Origin: Amphiscolops sp. MND2022
Lineage: Eukaryota
Reading direction: 5' to 3'
Length of the DNA stretch: 64,000 nt
Assembly: GCA_964187785.1 (NCBI GenBank)
Contig: OZ076409.1
Coordinates: 39,868,001 to 39,932,000, forward strand
The translations under genes were made by a program, and so were the position numbers. The notes beneath the pieces are model-generated. The model was not told where the DNA came from. It saw only the letters and a program-made list of their open reading frames with translations, and searched no databases. Below, piece by piece: positions 27,070 to 39,960 of the stretch; position 1 is the stretch's first letter; every line of letters begins with the position of its first letter.

Positions 27070-28143
27070 TTGAAAACTAGTTCTTAAGTTCTTAGAAATT
27101 TTATGGTGTCAAATTGAACCATTTGGCAGAGCGAACTGAACCAAAAAGGTTCTTTTTTCGCGTAACACAATACCGGGCGAGACTAAAGGGCGCCCCTTCC
27201 AGTTTTTTTTCGGCATTGTGGGACCTTTTTCGATTTTTTTCTCAACAAAGGGTCCCCCTTCAATTTTGATGTTTTAGGATAGAATGGATGTTGAAAATTC
27301 CCAAGGGTCCACCCTTCCAGTTTTTTTGGCATTTTGGATTTTTTTCACCAAAGGGTCCCCCTTCAATTTTCTTGATGTTATGCGATAGAATGGATGTTAA
27401 AAAATTCCAAAGGGTCCACCCTTCCAAGAATTGATGTTAAAAATTCCAAAGGGTCCACCCTTCCAGTTTTTTTCGGCATTGTGGGACTTTTTTTCGAAAA
27501 TATTTAAATGACTTAAAGGGTCCTCCCTGCAATTTTTTTGATGTTTTGCGGCAGAAATGTTGAAAAATCCCAAAGGGTCCCTCCTTTTAGCGCGCTAATT
27601 CGGTCCAACTTTAGGGTTTTCCGGGTACTGTAAAAGAGAATACTCGACACTAGTGTTGTTAGATAAAAATCAATTGATAAATATCAATGATAAAAATCAA
27701 GATAATTATCAAGCTCAGTTTTCATTATCACTGATTAAAATCAAATACGACGCTTGCAGGCCTGATCGGGTCTAGTTCAATAAGGCCACCGCTCAGCTAA
27801 CCGATTGATAAATTGGGAGACTATCAGTTTTTTTAATAAATTCATTGGTTTATTCAACTTCGCTGACATACTCCGCGTCATTATCATTACCTTACGTAAT
27901 CTTTCAACTGAGCGTCGGAAAGTGTGTTCACAAAGCGGGAAAACTTTCTGTTTCAAAGTTCTGAATAAATAACGAAGTTTGTTATTTTGTCACTGACTTA
28001 CATGTAATTCAATTGTTTCTGCCCAGCCCTATTTTTATCGGATTTTTTGATAATTATCCGATTTACTCGACACTTTGAAGTCCTTTTGCTATTTTTGAGC
28101 CTTAGATGTGGCGCCGACTTATGTCGTTCCCCGGTTGTTTGTT
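27070..28143 (+). mobile_element. 5'-truncated HINE family 1 copy interrupted by a hAT-like MITE
   Basis: Core AAAGGGTCC repeats and 3' GAGCCTTAGATGTGGCGCCGACTT..CCCGGTTGTT end. Confidence 0.65.
27651..28065. mobile_element. hAT-like MITE with 8-bp target-site duplication CTCGACAC
   Basis: Starts TAGTGTTG, has GATAA subterminal repeats at both ends, and is flanked by direct repeats (TA)CTCGACAC. The empty site TACTTGACACTTTGAAG is seen at ~34286. Confidence 0.6.
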
Positions 28144-28558
28144 CAATCATTACTTAGGGGGGCAATACTCTGCTCTTGGTCTACGGATAGATTTTGGCAG
28201 AGTTTGTATGTCTGATTTTGCTAGAATAATTTTGATTATGATGAAATTTGGCTTTTTACCCGTGAAATTGACGAAAACTCTTCGTGAATTTCTGCCATCC
28301 CTGCCATGAATGATGTAGGACTCTGAAAAACAGAATGTAGGGACTTCGGTGTCGCTATAACAGGTGCATATATCCATAAAGATCCCTCTCCTAAACCATA
28401 ATAACTATTCACAGGATTTCTTTTCTACATTGAGTTTAGCTCAGCTCTGATATCATCTTTTTGTGATGTTTATATCTGATTAAAATTTGAAGTAAATCTC
28501 CACAAATCGGTCTAGTTGCAAAGGACGTCCATAGATAGTGTTGAATATCATTATTTAG

Positions 28559-28789
28559 ACTTCAAGATACTTGACCATCTTCTTCACGGCGGTTGTAGTG
28601 CAACGAGTTCTTCGCGGGAACGGGGTCTGCCGAACTTACATCCTCCCGATGTGTTAGACAAAGGTCGCAACCGCTACAGCGAGGTATATTCCCAATACCG
28701 CAATTACATCGACCGACTCAACAAGTTCCTTCAAGAGTTCAACGAGAATGGCAACCTCTTGATGCTCATCTATTTCAACTGCTCACTTA
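28559..28789 (+). CDS. ARHGAP32/33: ARHGAP32/33-like exon (PX-like domain)
   Basis: TTTAG|AC gives DFKILDHLLH..YIDRLNK..NCSL. Donor A|GTTAGT. Phases match both neighbours. Confidence 0.8.
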
Positions 28790-29574
28790 GTTAGTGTTCC
28801 ATTGCTCAGTAGAACTGTTTTGCCTCTAGCTGAGAAACTTCTGAGTTTCCAAAAAGGTTTGAACAAAGTAAGTTAATGCGAGGATTAAAAATCAGTGGCA
28901 AACGTAATTTTTCAATATGCGGTACCTCCGCAAACAATTACCGTGGAACTCAATTGTTCCTTTTCAAATCTGGTCCATTCGTAAACTAGTTTTCAGATAT
29001 TGTAATATAATAACCTCGTTTGAAAAAATGTTTCTTTGGTCCTGTCGAAATATGCTATGCGAGTTTTACTGCGCCTTGCTATCTGAAAAACAGCTGTGAT
29101 TTCATGCGACATAGTTTTGAAGGTCAATCATTTTTGTTTTTATGTTTGTGATATGAACAAATATTTGAGAGGGATTGTAAGCACAGAAAAACTATAACAC
29201 CAGACAGGTTTTTACTGGTATTGTCTATTTAGTCGAGTTTTTGAAGGGAGGATCCTTGGGCTTTTTATTATAGAGTGACATGTGGCATTAGTATTTTCAA
29301 AGAACAGCATTCTAATGTTGGCTACATTAGCTAATTTGTTAGAAGATATTCTTTAGGCTGCTAATAATGAATAAAAATAAGAGTTTTGTTGTCCTAAAGA
29401 GACATTTTGTTTGTGCGTAAGCATTCTATTATCGAGAGCTAGTTACGGGAAAAGACTGGTTTTACCTCAATTGCCTGGGGTTGGCAAATAGTAGCGTTCA
29501 TAAAGGAGAGTTTGTTTTAAAGCTCCTTAATCCTTTTAGATGTAGGGACCGCTCGTAATGAAACCACACATTAG

Positions 29575-30073
29575 TTTTTAGTCGGAGCACTTTCCTTTAA
29601 AGTAAAAATGCCCGGCTCTTACAGTGACCATTTTTTTCTCCAGACCACATACCTCACACTAAAGGGTCCACTTTTTACAGAAACTACTAAAACTACTGAG
29701 GTCAAGTCCGGCCAGCGGAAACTACTGCAAAGGTTCCCCATTTCATTTATTTTAACGTAACCTACAAAATCGGACGAGACTAAAGGGTCCCCCTTTCAAT
29801 TTTTCAGCGCTATGAGACTTTTTTTTCGAAGATGTTTTTGTCTTCAAAGGGTTCCCCTTCAATTTTATTGAATTCCCCCTTCGTAATATCCGAAGTGAAG
29901 CGCAATATCCGAACTTTTGACGTTATATGCGAACTATATTGAGTTTTATTAAGGAGAAGGCTGAGGTTCGAAAACAGGAGTTTTTCATGAAAACGTCGTC
30001 CTACGCAAATTTTAAAAACTGCACTTTTTGAGCCTTAGATATAGCTCCGACTTTAGACGTTCCCGTCTTGTTT
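29575..30073 (+). mobile_element. HINE-like element, family 1
   Basis: TTTTTAGTCGGAGCAC..TGCCCGGCTCTTACAGTG 5' end; GAGCCTTAGATATAGCTCCGACTTTAGACGTTCCCGTCTTGTT 3' end. Confidence 0.75.
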
Positions 30074-30125
30074 TAACTTGTTTGTACCCATAGTGCAGAG
30101 GGGGAGTGTCGGTAAAGATAAATGG

Positions 30126-30654
30126 AAACAAGACGGGAACGTCCCAAGTCGGCGCCATATCTTAGGCTCAAAAATATTCAAGGAACAACTATTGTAAAAA
30201 TTTGGAAAAAAAATTTTTCAAAAAAATTATTTTTGAAATTTTTTTTCGAAAAAAAGTATTTTTTAAGTCGCAAAATGCCGAAAAACTCAAAAAAGGCCAT
30301 TCAGGCTCATTTAACGTTTTCTACAAACCGAAAATTTCAAAAAAAATGCAAGGGGGTACCCTTTGATAAATTTCAAAAATTTTCGAAAAAAGTCGCATAG
30401 TGCCGAAAAAAACCCAAAGGGGGGGCCCTTTGGTCTCACCTGTACTTTTGGAAGCATTAAAAAATTTATGGTTTAGTGCGAGAATCGAACCCACGCACTC
30501 CGGCTGGGTCGAAGATGGAAGATGAACAAATATGAAAGATGAACAAATTGTAAGAAAAGTGGACCACTCAGAGTGAGATTGTCAACTGAAAAAAAAAACT
30601 ACTCACTGTAAGAGTCGGGCTTTTTTCCTTAAGGGAAAAGGCGCCGACTAAAAA
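30126..30654 (-). mobile_element. HINE-like element, family 1 (tail-to-tail with the previous copy)
   Basis: AAACAAGACGGGAACGTCCCAAGTCGGCGCC ... CACTGTAAGAGTCGGGC..GCGCCGACTAAAAA. Confidence 0.75.
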
Positions 30655-31135
30655 TGACCAAAAGATCAGGTGTCAAAACGCTGCAAGCTGGAGAGAGCCT
30701 CCTTAGTGCCAGTGACGGTCTCATGAAAAATATATTTTGTAAACATTGGCAAGTGGAGGATGATTTATAAAAAAAGGTCATCGTATCTCAATTTTATTGA
30801 ACGTCCAGACAGAAGAAAAAGGTGTTGATTCTAGGATAAGTTGTACCCGGAGGATTTTCAAGTTCATGACAGCTCTCCCTCATGGACAACAGCGCTGATC
30901 GACGATTCCGTGGCTGGTTGACGGCGCGTCGACCTACAGCTTTGTATTAAAGTATTTTTGGAAAGCATAATAGATCTCCATAGTTAAAACAAGAGGTTGG
31001 GAAAAATGTAAAGGTGCTACGAAATGTCTGTTTTTGGAGTTCTTTTAAAAGAATCACGTGGCTCCCTTGATAAGTGCGATGTTTGTCAACTCAATGAAGC
31101 GTCAAAACTACCGCGTACTACTGGAATTTTTTCAG

Positions 31136-31368
31136 TTTTGTCGTGGTTCGAGTTGGGACATGACGGAAAACACAAAGTGTACTCAGTGTCTGGTGGGCAA
31201 AACTTCTCAAACTTTGGTGCTTCCCGTAACGCGATTGTGAAATCCCGCTTCCCCAAACAGGGAATAGGAGACTTGTCTCTAGAAGTGAATGATATCATGA
31301 CGGTCATGGAGACTCCAGTCGCGACTGACTCTGTCTGGTCCAGAGGCAAAAGTGACAAAACTTTCCAG
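31136..31368 (+). CDS. ARHGAP32/33: ARHGAP32/33-like exon (end of PX plus SH3 domain)
   Basis: TTTCAG| LSWFEL..AIVKSRF..DLSLEVNDIMTVME..WSRGKSDKTFQ |GTCAGT. Confidence 0.85.
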
Positions 31369-32102
31369 GTCAGTTGAGAAGTTGTCCAAAGCTTCTATTT
31401 TTTCTTTATCCAAAAGACAGCTTTTCAAAAGCCAAAAACGTATCCAATATTGCATTTTAGTCAGTTTGTCTATACCAAAATGGAAATCTTTGATCGAGAA
31501 ATGTTTCTGGTCTTGTTTTTTATTCGACAACTTGAGACTCTGCCGGTCATGTATCGGTTTCTAGGCTCCAATGCTCTAACTAACCACATCGGAGAGTATT
31601 ATCAAATTTTCCCTTAATATATGCCACGAAACCATTTTTTGTTCAATTCTACGGCTTTATCTTTCGAGTACAATTTAGGATACAGCAAATTAGAAGGAAA
31701 AATCCGACGGGGAGATTAGTTTTCCGCCGCCCCATATATGAAATGTATGGCCGGAAAATAATTCAATACATTTAATGTAGTGGTTCTACAGAATACGCCC
31801 GAACAAAAAAACCCATATCAATATTGCATTGACAGAACAGTTTAACTCAGCCATAATTTTTAAATTGGTTGTATGATTCGGCCTTCCTCATTACTGCGCG
31901 GTTCGCACGCCTCCAGATCGGCCTTCGTTAAAACCAGTCACTGGATTTGTAGTTGCATCACGCTTCGCTTCGTTCCTGCATATAGGTGACTAGAGGTATG
32001 TGACCGTAGCTGACTACGTTATCCTTATTTCTTATGGAATTTTTTCCTTGAATGGCCTTTTTCCGGACACTGATTGGGTTCCAGATGGATGTTGCATTTT
32101 AG

Positions 32103-32645
32103 AGTGGCTTGTTCCCTTCTCGGTGCGTGGAGGATTTCCAATTTACCAACGCGGAGAAGCCAAACTTCACTAGCTGCCCGGGATTGCAGACCTTAGTTCA
32201 AGAAGAGGAGAAGCTGTTTTCTCCGCCTTCAGAGGAACCTGCTCCTAGGTTGTTGGCCGGAAGATCGCCTCATTCTTCCAGAAGAGGAGACCAGTCACAC
32301 CTGCCCGTTGAAGTGAATCCAGATTTTCCCGCCATATTCGGCTCAACTCTTCAAACTGCCATGAAATGGAACTACAGCTTGAGGGATGCCAAACAGAATT
32401 TCAAGTGCACTATCTTATCTGAACTGTATACATCTCAGAACTGCGAAGAGTCTTTAGAACATGTGCCTTGTGTTATACAGAGCATGATTGAACATGTTCA
32501 GAAGTACGGGAGCGTCGATGGCATTTACAGGTTGAATGGAAGTAGCAGCGAAATTCTCACTCTCATATCGTCTCTAGATTCAGGACATGTCGACTTGGAT
32601 TGGTCTAATTTCGACATTCATTCTGTCAGCTCGCTTCTAAAGCAG
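32103..32645 (+). CDS. ARHGAP32/33: ARHGAP32/33-like exon (end of SH3, RhoGAP N-terminal half with arginine finger)
   Basis: TTTTAG| SGLFPSRCVE..IFG..VPCVIQSMIEHVQKYGSVDGIYRLNGS..DIHSVSSLLKQ |GTTAGA. Confidence 0.9.
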
Positions 32646-32668
32646 GTTAGAAACATTTGATTCAGTCA

Positions 32669-34363
32669 TTTTTAGTCGGCGCATTTTCCTAAGAAAATGT
32701 GCCCGACTCTTACAGTGGTTATTTTTAGTCGGCGTTTCATGAAGTGAAACGCGACTATTCTAGTGACTTTTCTTCTTTTTTTTTTCAATCCACACGAACT
32801 GACCAAAATAGTTCTTAAAAGTTCTACAAAATATTATTGCACCATTTGGCCTAGCGAACTGAACCAAAAAAGTTTTTCCTGTTTTTCCGCGTAACATACC
32901 ATACCGGGCGAGACCAAAGGGTCCCCCCTTTCATTTTTTTTGGCACTGCGAGACTTTTTTCCCAACAGCCCCCCTTCAATTTTTTTTTGCTGTTTTGCGA
33001 CAGAATGGATGTTGAAAAATCCCAAAGGGTCGGCGTATGGTATTGAAATCCCTTTCATTTTTTTCCGGCACTGCAAGACTTTTTCCGAAAATAAAAATTT
33101 CCACCTTCAATTTTTTGATGTTTTGCGACAGAATGGAGGTTGAAAAACCTCTTTTCAGTTTTTCGGCATTATGGGACTTTTTTTCGAAAATTTGTTTTTT
33201 CTCCAAAGGGTCCTCCCTTCAACTGCGACAAAAATGTTGACAATTTCGGAAGTGTCCCCCTTCTAGCGCGCCAGGGGCTCGCGCTAGCGGGCCCTGGCGC
33301 GCCACTCGGTCCACTTTTTTTGGTTTTTCGAGTTTCGAGTTTTGTAAATTGACACTTGGAAGTCCTTTTGCTTTTTTTGAGCCTTGGATATGGCGCCGAC
33401 TTGGGCCGGTCCCGGCTTGTTCAGCTTACAATCTCACTTTGTGGGTGCCGTTGTAAGTTCGCCACATACAAGTTAGCCCGTAAAACTTAGCCACGTTTAA
33501 GTTAGCCACCATATAAGTTCGCAACGTTTATTTTCTCCACATTTCAGCCAATATGGAATGAATACGAACTGAAGTGGCGAACTTGTATGTGGCGAACTTA
33601 TATGGTGGCTAACTTAAATGTGGCTAAGTTTTACGGGCTAACTCATATGTGGCGAACTTGAACGGACACGCACTCTGTGTGATTAACTTTTCGTACAATT
33701 TTCATAAATTTTATCAAATTCATAAATAATGGCGCAGGGTAAAAATAACCCTCCAGGGTATTTTTACATCATCTCAAAACCAATACCGGATTTAACCCTA
33801 ACCGGATATAAGAATTCCGGATATAACGTTTTTTTTTAAAAAAAACCGACGAAGTGACAGATTTTATCAATTTCTATCAATTTTGTTCAACTTGCAGACA
33901 ACTTAGAATATACATAATATCTAACACGTACATAAATTCGGATAAAACATTTTCAAAGTCGGATATAACGTTTTCATTTCTCGTATAACGTTATCGATTT
34001 TCTCCCAAAATTTCAGATAATTTGCGTCCAATGTGAAACTTTATGGTTAGATTTTCAGTAATTTAAGACTTTGGATTTTCGAAAAGTCTTTACTCAACGA
34101 GTGATACTAAAACCACGTCCCCCGGGTACACTTTTGTGCCTTGTTCCGGCTTTGTGAGAGTTTTTCTTCGAATATATTTTAATGTTTCAAATGGTCCCCT
34201 TCAATTTTTTTGATATCTTGCATTAGAATGGATGGAGCGCGAATTCGGTCCAACTTTTGGGTTTTTCGGGTACTGTAGAAGAGACTACTTGACACTTTGA
34301 AGTCCTTTTGCTATTTTTGAGCCTTAAATGTGGCTCCGACTTGGGACGTTCCCGGCTTGTTTT
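32669..34363 (+). mobile_element. HINE family 1 copy with a nested HINE (32722-33421) and nested MITEs
   Basis: Two successive 5' hairpin ends (32670, 32722) and two 3' ends (CCCGGCTTGTT at ~33421 and ~34361). Confidence 0.7.
33444..33670. mobile_element. Foldback/Mutator-like MITE with modular TIRs and 9-bp TSD
   Basis: Arms are built from AAGTT(C/A)GCCAC modules mirrored as GTGGC(G/T)AACTT. Flanks CACTTTGTG / CACTCTGTG. Confidence 0.8.
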
Positions 34364-34803
34364 AAAATTGATTCTGGGTTGTTAGATTTTCGTTTTGTTC
34401 TGTTTTTGTACATTTTTAAGGCCAAAGAAAACTAGGAAATTCCTGTAGAAAAAGTGTTGATGCTCTCACCAGTGATTTGACCGTTAAACGCAGTTTAACT
34501 ATAGCTACCGCTAATGGTCAAAAACTGTCTCGAAACATTTTCTGATGATCTTCATAAATAGAGAGCACTCAGTGGTCTAAAATTTGAGAAGTATTCACAG
34601 AAATGATATCTAGAATTCATGAAAAAGTAATTACAAGGTTCTTTGCTTACTTACTGAATGCCGGTATACTGCAAAGTAAAATTTTCCCTACAAAAAAGAT
34701 ACTTGGTGGAATCAGTGTTCAAACAATGATCACTAGCTTTGGCGAAATAAGCTACACGCGGTAACTTTGAGTGTGGGTAGTGATGTAGCCACTAATTTCA
34801 CAT

Positions 34804-35295
34804 TTTTTATTTCTGCGATAGCAGGAATGATATAAAAGCTGTAAGGAGGAGTTTTTCAGCCGAGTATGCCCGTTAACCGAGTACCTAGTGAAATGATTCA
34901 AATATTTCCGGCTAGTGAGGATGAGCGTGAAGGTTAAATTTTTCAAGCTGCCACCGTATAATCTTTGACTTCAAGCGAGCGTCCGCCACCGCATTAATGA
35001 AGCCAATGAATATTGATTTTTCGTACATCGAGAGCCTGCATGTTTTACAATACGAATGAGAAACGTCATAGTCATATACGTTCAGTAGTTGTATTCGTTT
35101 GTTCAAGTAATGAAGCCTATCGTCCAGGAAAACCAAAGTGTAAACTGGTAGATTCATTAATTGTACGCTTTATAATGAACTAACCGAAGTGTATACTAAT
35201 TGATAGATTGCATATTTTGATTTATGAACTTTGAAGTTAATGATTATTGTAGCTTAAAGCATAAATAATACTGAGCCCCACAGGGTCCTATATTT
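34804..35295 (+). mobile_element. HINE-like element, family 2 (diverged)
   Basis: TTTATTTCTGCGATAGCAGGAAT 5' end; AAAGCATAAATAATACTGAGCCCCACAGGGTCCTAT 3' end. Confidence 0.65.
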
Positions 35296-36441
35296 CAGAA
35301 TGAATTCGTCCCAGAAACTATTTCGAAGGTTCTACGAAGTTGCTCGTTTTTCCGAGGCGCTCTTTGTTGCGAAGGGTCACTTTTCCCAATTGGGAACTTC
35401 TGTATTGGCGGGTAGAGGAAAGAGGTGGACGCTGAAGATTTTCGAAGTATTACGCTACCCATGCGTACATTTAGTGCTGAAATGTTTCTTTGAGTTAGAT
35501 GAATGCCCTCTGACTGAATTTCGTAGCTTGACATTGAAGTTGTAAATCGATTTCAAAATTTTTTCAACGATATCTTACACGTTTTCGTGTATTTCCTTTA
35601 ATAGATTTTTTCCGTATGCAATTAGATGGTTCAATTTGTTCTCGCCGGCGAAGTATACGAGCAGCTCATGAATGGTAATTACACTTGTGATAAGCAAGTG
35701 TTGTGGGAAAGTGCCAGTGCTTTTTTTCCGCGCGACAAATCCCTTGCCGGCAAGTCGCACAGTTCATGTGTTCGTGCTCTATTGGTAAGATGCTTGCTTT
35801 TCAACCCTTCGAACCGGTGCGTATGCGCTAATTTTTTTACAAGCAGAAGGTTCCCACTTTTGTCGGCACTATGAGACTCCCCTTTTCGGCTTTGTGAGAC
35901 TTTTTCGAAAAGTTTTTAATGTCTACAAAGGGTCCCTCCAATTTTTTGATATTTTGCAACAAATTGGATGTTAAAAAATCTCAAAGCGTCCCCCTTTTAC
36001 AGTTTTCGGGATTGAGATTTTTCAAAATGAATATTTGTGATAAAATTAGGTTTTCTCGGGCCCAGCACGCTATATCCGAATTTTGTTTTTTTAAGACCGT
36101 CTTTTTTTAAGCGACTTCTTTCTAATTTGTTTTCATTGAACTCCCTCTCAATTTTTACTAGAAACGAAACGTTTTTTGAAAAGTTTTCTGTTGGGAAGGA
36201 TGGGTTTTTTGTTGTTTCCAGTTGGGAAAAATGGTTTTCAAGTCTTATGCGCACCCCTTCGGGTATTTTTTGGTGCTGGAAAATTGATGGAATTTTAACA
36301 ATAATGTCATTTTACCCTTGGTTCTCCGGATGATTTTGCTCATTTGGTTTTCTCTTCAAAAGTTCGCAAATTTCTTCGCAAGTGTTTGAGAAGCACGGCG
36401 TCGCCTCTGTGTGATATTTGATTTAAAATTAATTGTTTCAG

Positions 36442-38238
36442 TACTTTCGAGATCTGTCTGTGTCATTAATACCGGCCAACAATTATGCAGCTTTCATACA
36501 ACCTTTGGTCTCTAGACCTGAGTTGCTGACGGAGCAATACAAAATGAATGACTTGGAAATTGGAGCTAAGGACTCTTTGAGATGGGCGTTGGATGAGATT
36601 TTAGAGCAGCTGTACCTGTTGCCTTGTACTTATTATCATACCCTGAAGCTGCTTATGCTGCATTTGAACCTGATGGTGTCTAAGGTTGAAATGACTAACA
36701 TGAATTTGTACAATCTTGCCATAATGTGGGCCCCCAATTTGCTGTTCGACCCTCTAGAGAAAAATTGCCAGGATTACATCGAGATTGCTAAGAAGGCGAA
36801 AGAAACCGCTGCTAGGAAAGGTAAATTGATGGAGATCATGATCGCATATGCTGGACACTTGTTTTGTGACAAGCTCACCAAATCCACCCTGCAGCATATT
36901 AACGAAATAGGTTGTAATGACAAGTTGCGCGGAAGACCTCGCTATGAGAACGAAGATTACGAAACTGTGATTCTCGCAAATCGGTCTAAAGATATCCCGA
37001 TATCGAATTCTGTCAAAGAACGGGATGGAAAGAACGACAAGTTCAAGTTCATGATCCAGAAATGGTTCTCTAAAACCGAGAAGATGAAAGAAGCTCCGAA
37101 GAAGCAGCGCAGTACGTCTTTGATACATCCATATGAGTCTTACATGCAGCGAGATGAAAATTCCTATGCATCTGGGCTGTATAGTTGCATAGGGACGGGG
37201 AGTACAAGTACCAAGGATCTGAGAGAAAACCCTGCAACTCCAGATTCGTTTGACGATGTCAAGGGTTTCAAAAGCAATCATGATTACAATAGTTTTGATT
37301 CTCTGGAGCGAAGTGAATACGGTTCTGAAGATTCAACGATCGCAGGATTTTCCCAAAACATTGGTGCTAGTAGACATACTGATTTAGAACATTCTACATC
37401 CACTATCATGGATGACCCTGAAAACCATATTTATTCCCAAATTCAGAAAAGTAAAAACAGCTTCTCCCGTAGATCCGAGAGTTTTATTACGGCTAAAGCC
37501 TTCAACGTGCAGACCTATGACGAAGACCAGGACGAAGTTTTCAAATCCACCATGCCCCCTCGGTCTACATGCCCTAAGAATCTACGTCTTCTGTCAAATG
37601 GTTCATCTTCCAATTCCATGACGAAAGAAGACGCGATTCCTTTCATAGATAGCACTTCCCCGACTTCTGCCAGCAGCACTCCTTTCATGTTCAAACACGG
37701 GCGGAATGAGTTGAATAAAAGCAAAGACTCTTCGATTGATATGATTGAAAAAGACTTGGAGCCTGTAACGACCAAGTCTTCAGTGCGATCTCCTGTACAA
37801 CGCCGCCAACCAACTGCTGGCTTCGGTTACGACTATAACGCAGGTTGTACTCTGGACAACTTCAGTTCTGACAGAGCTTACATCCCAGCGAGCAACGCAA
37901 CTTATCAACGCTACTTCAACAGAGAGAAAAGCATACGTAGGGGACCTAAGTCAGTGACGCCATTGCGTACATATAGACCTCGTAACACCAACACTGACTC
38001 AGCTGCCAATTTGATGCCGAGGAGCAGACCAGTTCAAGAAGCAAGTCCGCTCCTGTTTCGCCAGTCGCCTCTATCTAGTCATCCAATCGTTAGCCCTGAG
38101 AGACTCAAAGCCAGCGGAGAAGGAAGCGAAACGCTTCAGAAAGGCAACTTGAAGGGCAACTGGGGTACTGCTTATTCGTTTGATTCAGGTGTGGAAAACA
38201 ATGGATCTTCTAATGATGATTTGCTGAGCAATACTTGA
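36442..38238 (+). CDS. ARHGAP32/33: ARHGAP32/33-like last exon (RhoGAP C-terminal half plus long Ser-rich tail)
   Basis: TTTCAG| YFRDL..LPCTYYHTLKLLMLHL..TNMNLYNLAIMWAPNLL; open for 598 codons to TGA. Confidence 0.9.
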   Translation, partial: YFRDLSVSLIPANNYAAFIQPLVSRPELLTEQYKMNDLEIGAKDSLRWALDEILEQLYLLPCTYYHTLKLLMLHLNLMVSKVEMTNMNLYNLAIMWAPNLLFDPLEKNCQDYIEIAKKAKETAARKGKLMEIMIAYAGHLFCDKLTKSTLQHINEIGCNDKLRGRPRYENEDYETVILANRSKDIPISNSVKERDGKNDKFKFMIQKWFSKTEKMKEAPKKQRSTSLIHPYESYMQRDENSYASGLYSCIGTGSTSTKDLRENPATPDSFDDVKGFKSNHDYNSFDSLERSEYGSEDSTIAGFSQNIGASRHTDLEHSTSTIMDDPENHIYSQIQKSKNSFSRRSESFITAKAFNVQTYDEDQDEVFKSTMPPRSTCPKNLRLLSNGSSSNSMTKEDAIPFIDSTSPTSASSTPFMFKHGRNELNKSKDSSIDMIEKDLEPVTTKSSVRSPVQRRQPTAGFGYDYNAGCTLDNFSSDRAYIPASNATYQRYFNREKSIRRGPKSVTPLRTYRPRNTNTDSAANLMPRSRPVQEASPLLFRQSPLSSHPIVSPERLKASGEGSETLQKGNLKGNWGTAYSFDSGVENNGSSNDDLLSNT

Positions 38239-38599
38239 TCCACATTCAATCATGCCATTGTTCTATAGGTAATTCTTCTAGTTATGATAAAATTAAAACT
38301 GGTTAATTGTGATATAATGAGATGACGAAGATCGAACTTAGTTCTGTTGTTGAGTTGTTAGTTTAATTTTGTTTATTTTATTTGTTTATTCGAAAATAGT
38401 AATAATTAAATTAATGAACTGCGACTTGAAGTCTCGGTCACCTAACTTGTGATTTTCATTATGGCTGTATCAATTTTGAATCATGAATATTTTTGTATTT
38501 ATTTTCATAGGTTTTAATTACAAATTTGAATATATTTATTTCCTTGATAGATGTTCTGAAAATCTTGAAGTAGTTTTTGTGGTGTTTCGTGCTATTGAC

Positions 38600-39720
38600 A
38601 CCATTATTGAAAGCTAGAGCATGAAGCTTCCTACCTTGTGTTGTTTGTAAGTACTTCCACCAAAAGATCTGTATGCAGAGATATCTTGAATTTCGTGTAC
38701 CTGATTTTCGCCACTGCCTATAAGTTTAAGCAACAAATAAGTTACCTTTTCGTTGACTCCCGTATTATCCGTTTTCAAGAGGTATTGATTGCCCCTCACG
38801 TTATGAAACGGTATGAAGAGGTTGTTTAGAATTCTCTCCCCCCATTTTTGCAGTTACTACACGACCAGTTTGCAACCGTGGTTATTTGAACGATTTCCAT
38901 TCAACAATACTGATTACTGTGAGTCTTTAGTTGGAACTAGGTCTAAAAAAATATTGATGCAGGCTCAAACTTTCATACATCCTTCGAAAACTCACGGATG
39001 CTATCTGGTAGCTTCAAGACAAATCTAGTTGGTAGAAATGCTTCGTAGCCTTTCAATTCTGCTCTGGTGTTATTCGTTATTTCTAAAATATCTTCTGAAA
39101 CGTCAATTAGTGAAACTTTCGGGATTGCAAATTAAACCAGGAGAATCTGATGTTAATCTTGATTCCAAATTTCCTGAAAATCCCATTTCCACATATATGC
39201 TTGCAAAATTTCACCACAAAGGAAGCGAAGACGAATTCATCCAACAAAGATATTTCTTGATCCTAAAAATCTTCAATGATAAAGATAGGTCATATACCAG
39301 GTTTCAAACAGCGTAGCCGTTTCTTTGGAAACATCTCTGTGAAAGTTGAACGGACTCTTTGCTTTCATAACCCGCTTTTTGCAAATCAAGATATCAGTCT
39401 TGAGGACAAGAAAAATATTTGTCTCACTGTCAAAAAACATCCAAACTATAGAAAAACCCTTCCAGCTTGTTCACCTTTCGTTGAAGGAAATGTCCATCCG
39501 GGGATTCGATACAATGTACCACGACTTCATAGGCAGACATTCTGTCCCCTAGACCAAGTGATGTGGCAAGGAAACGAACCAAATGAGCTTATAAAAATCT
39601 TTATACAAGCAGTCAGTTCGCTTTTCTTGAAAAAACTATAGGTTACTTCATGAATTCAAACAAGATGCGTATGTAGAGGCTAAATGCTTTTAGAAAACTA
39701 TAACACTTAACTGGAACCAA
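38600..39720 (+). mobile_element. Possible degenerate LINE RT 3' fragment
   Basis: Run of short + strand ORFs with LIFATAYK (FADD-like) remnant and fragmented downstream frames. Confidence 0.25.
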
Positions 39721-39960
39721 AGATTCAAAAAACAAACGCCCAGAACACTCTGCATACGCGCCCCAGCATGACTAGAGTCTGCTGCATCAATATATGGATC
39801 CAACTTAACTTTCAATTTTGTACTCGCCTATAGTAACAAAACACATTACCTAATTGTTTCAAACAATCATTTGTAACACGAAAGCATTACCAAAATGAAG
39901 CTAGCCAGTTCTTTGCCCACTCTGAATCCTCGATAAGCATCACGGACATTTTTCAATTAA

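Noticed and set aside
36754..37281. 175-aa antisense ORF (also 2087-2380 and 8075-8413)
   Set aside because: Shadow frames of real coding exons
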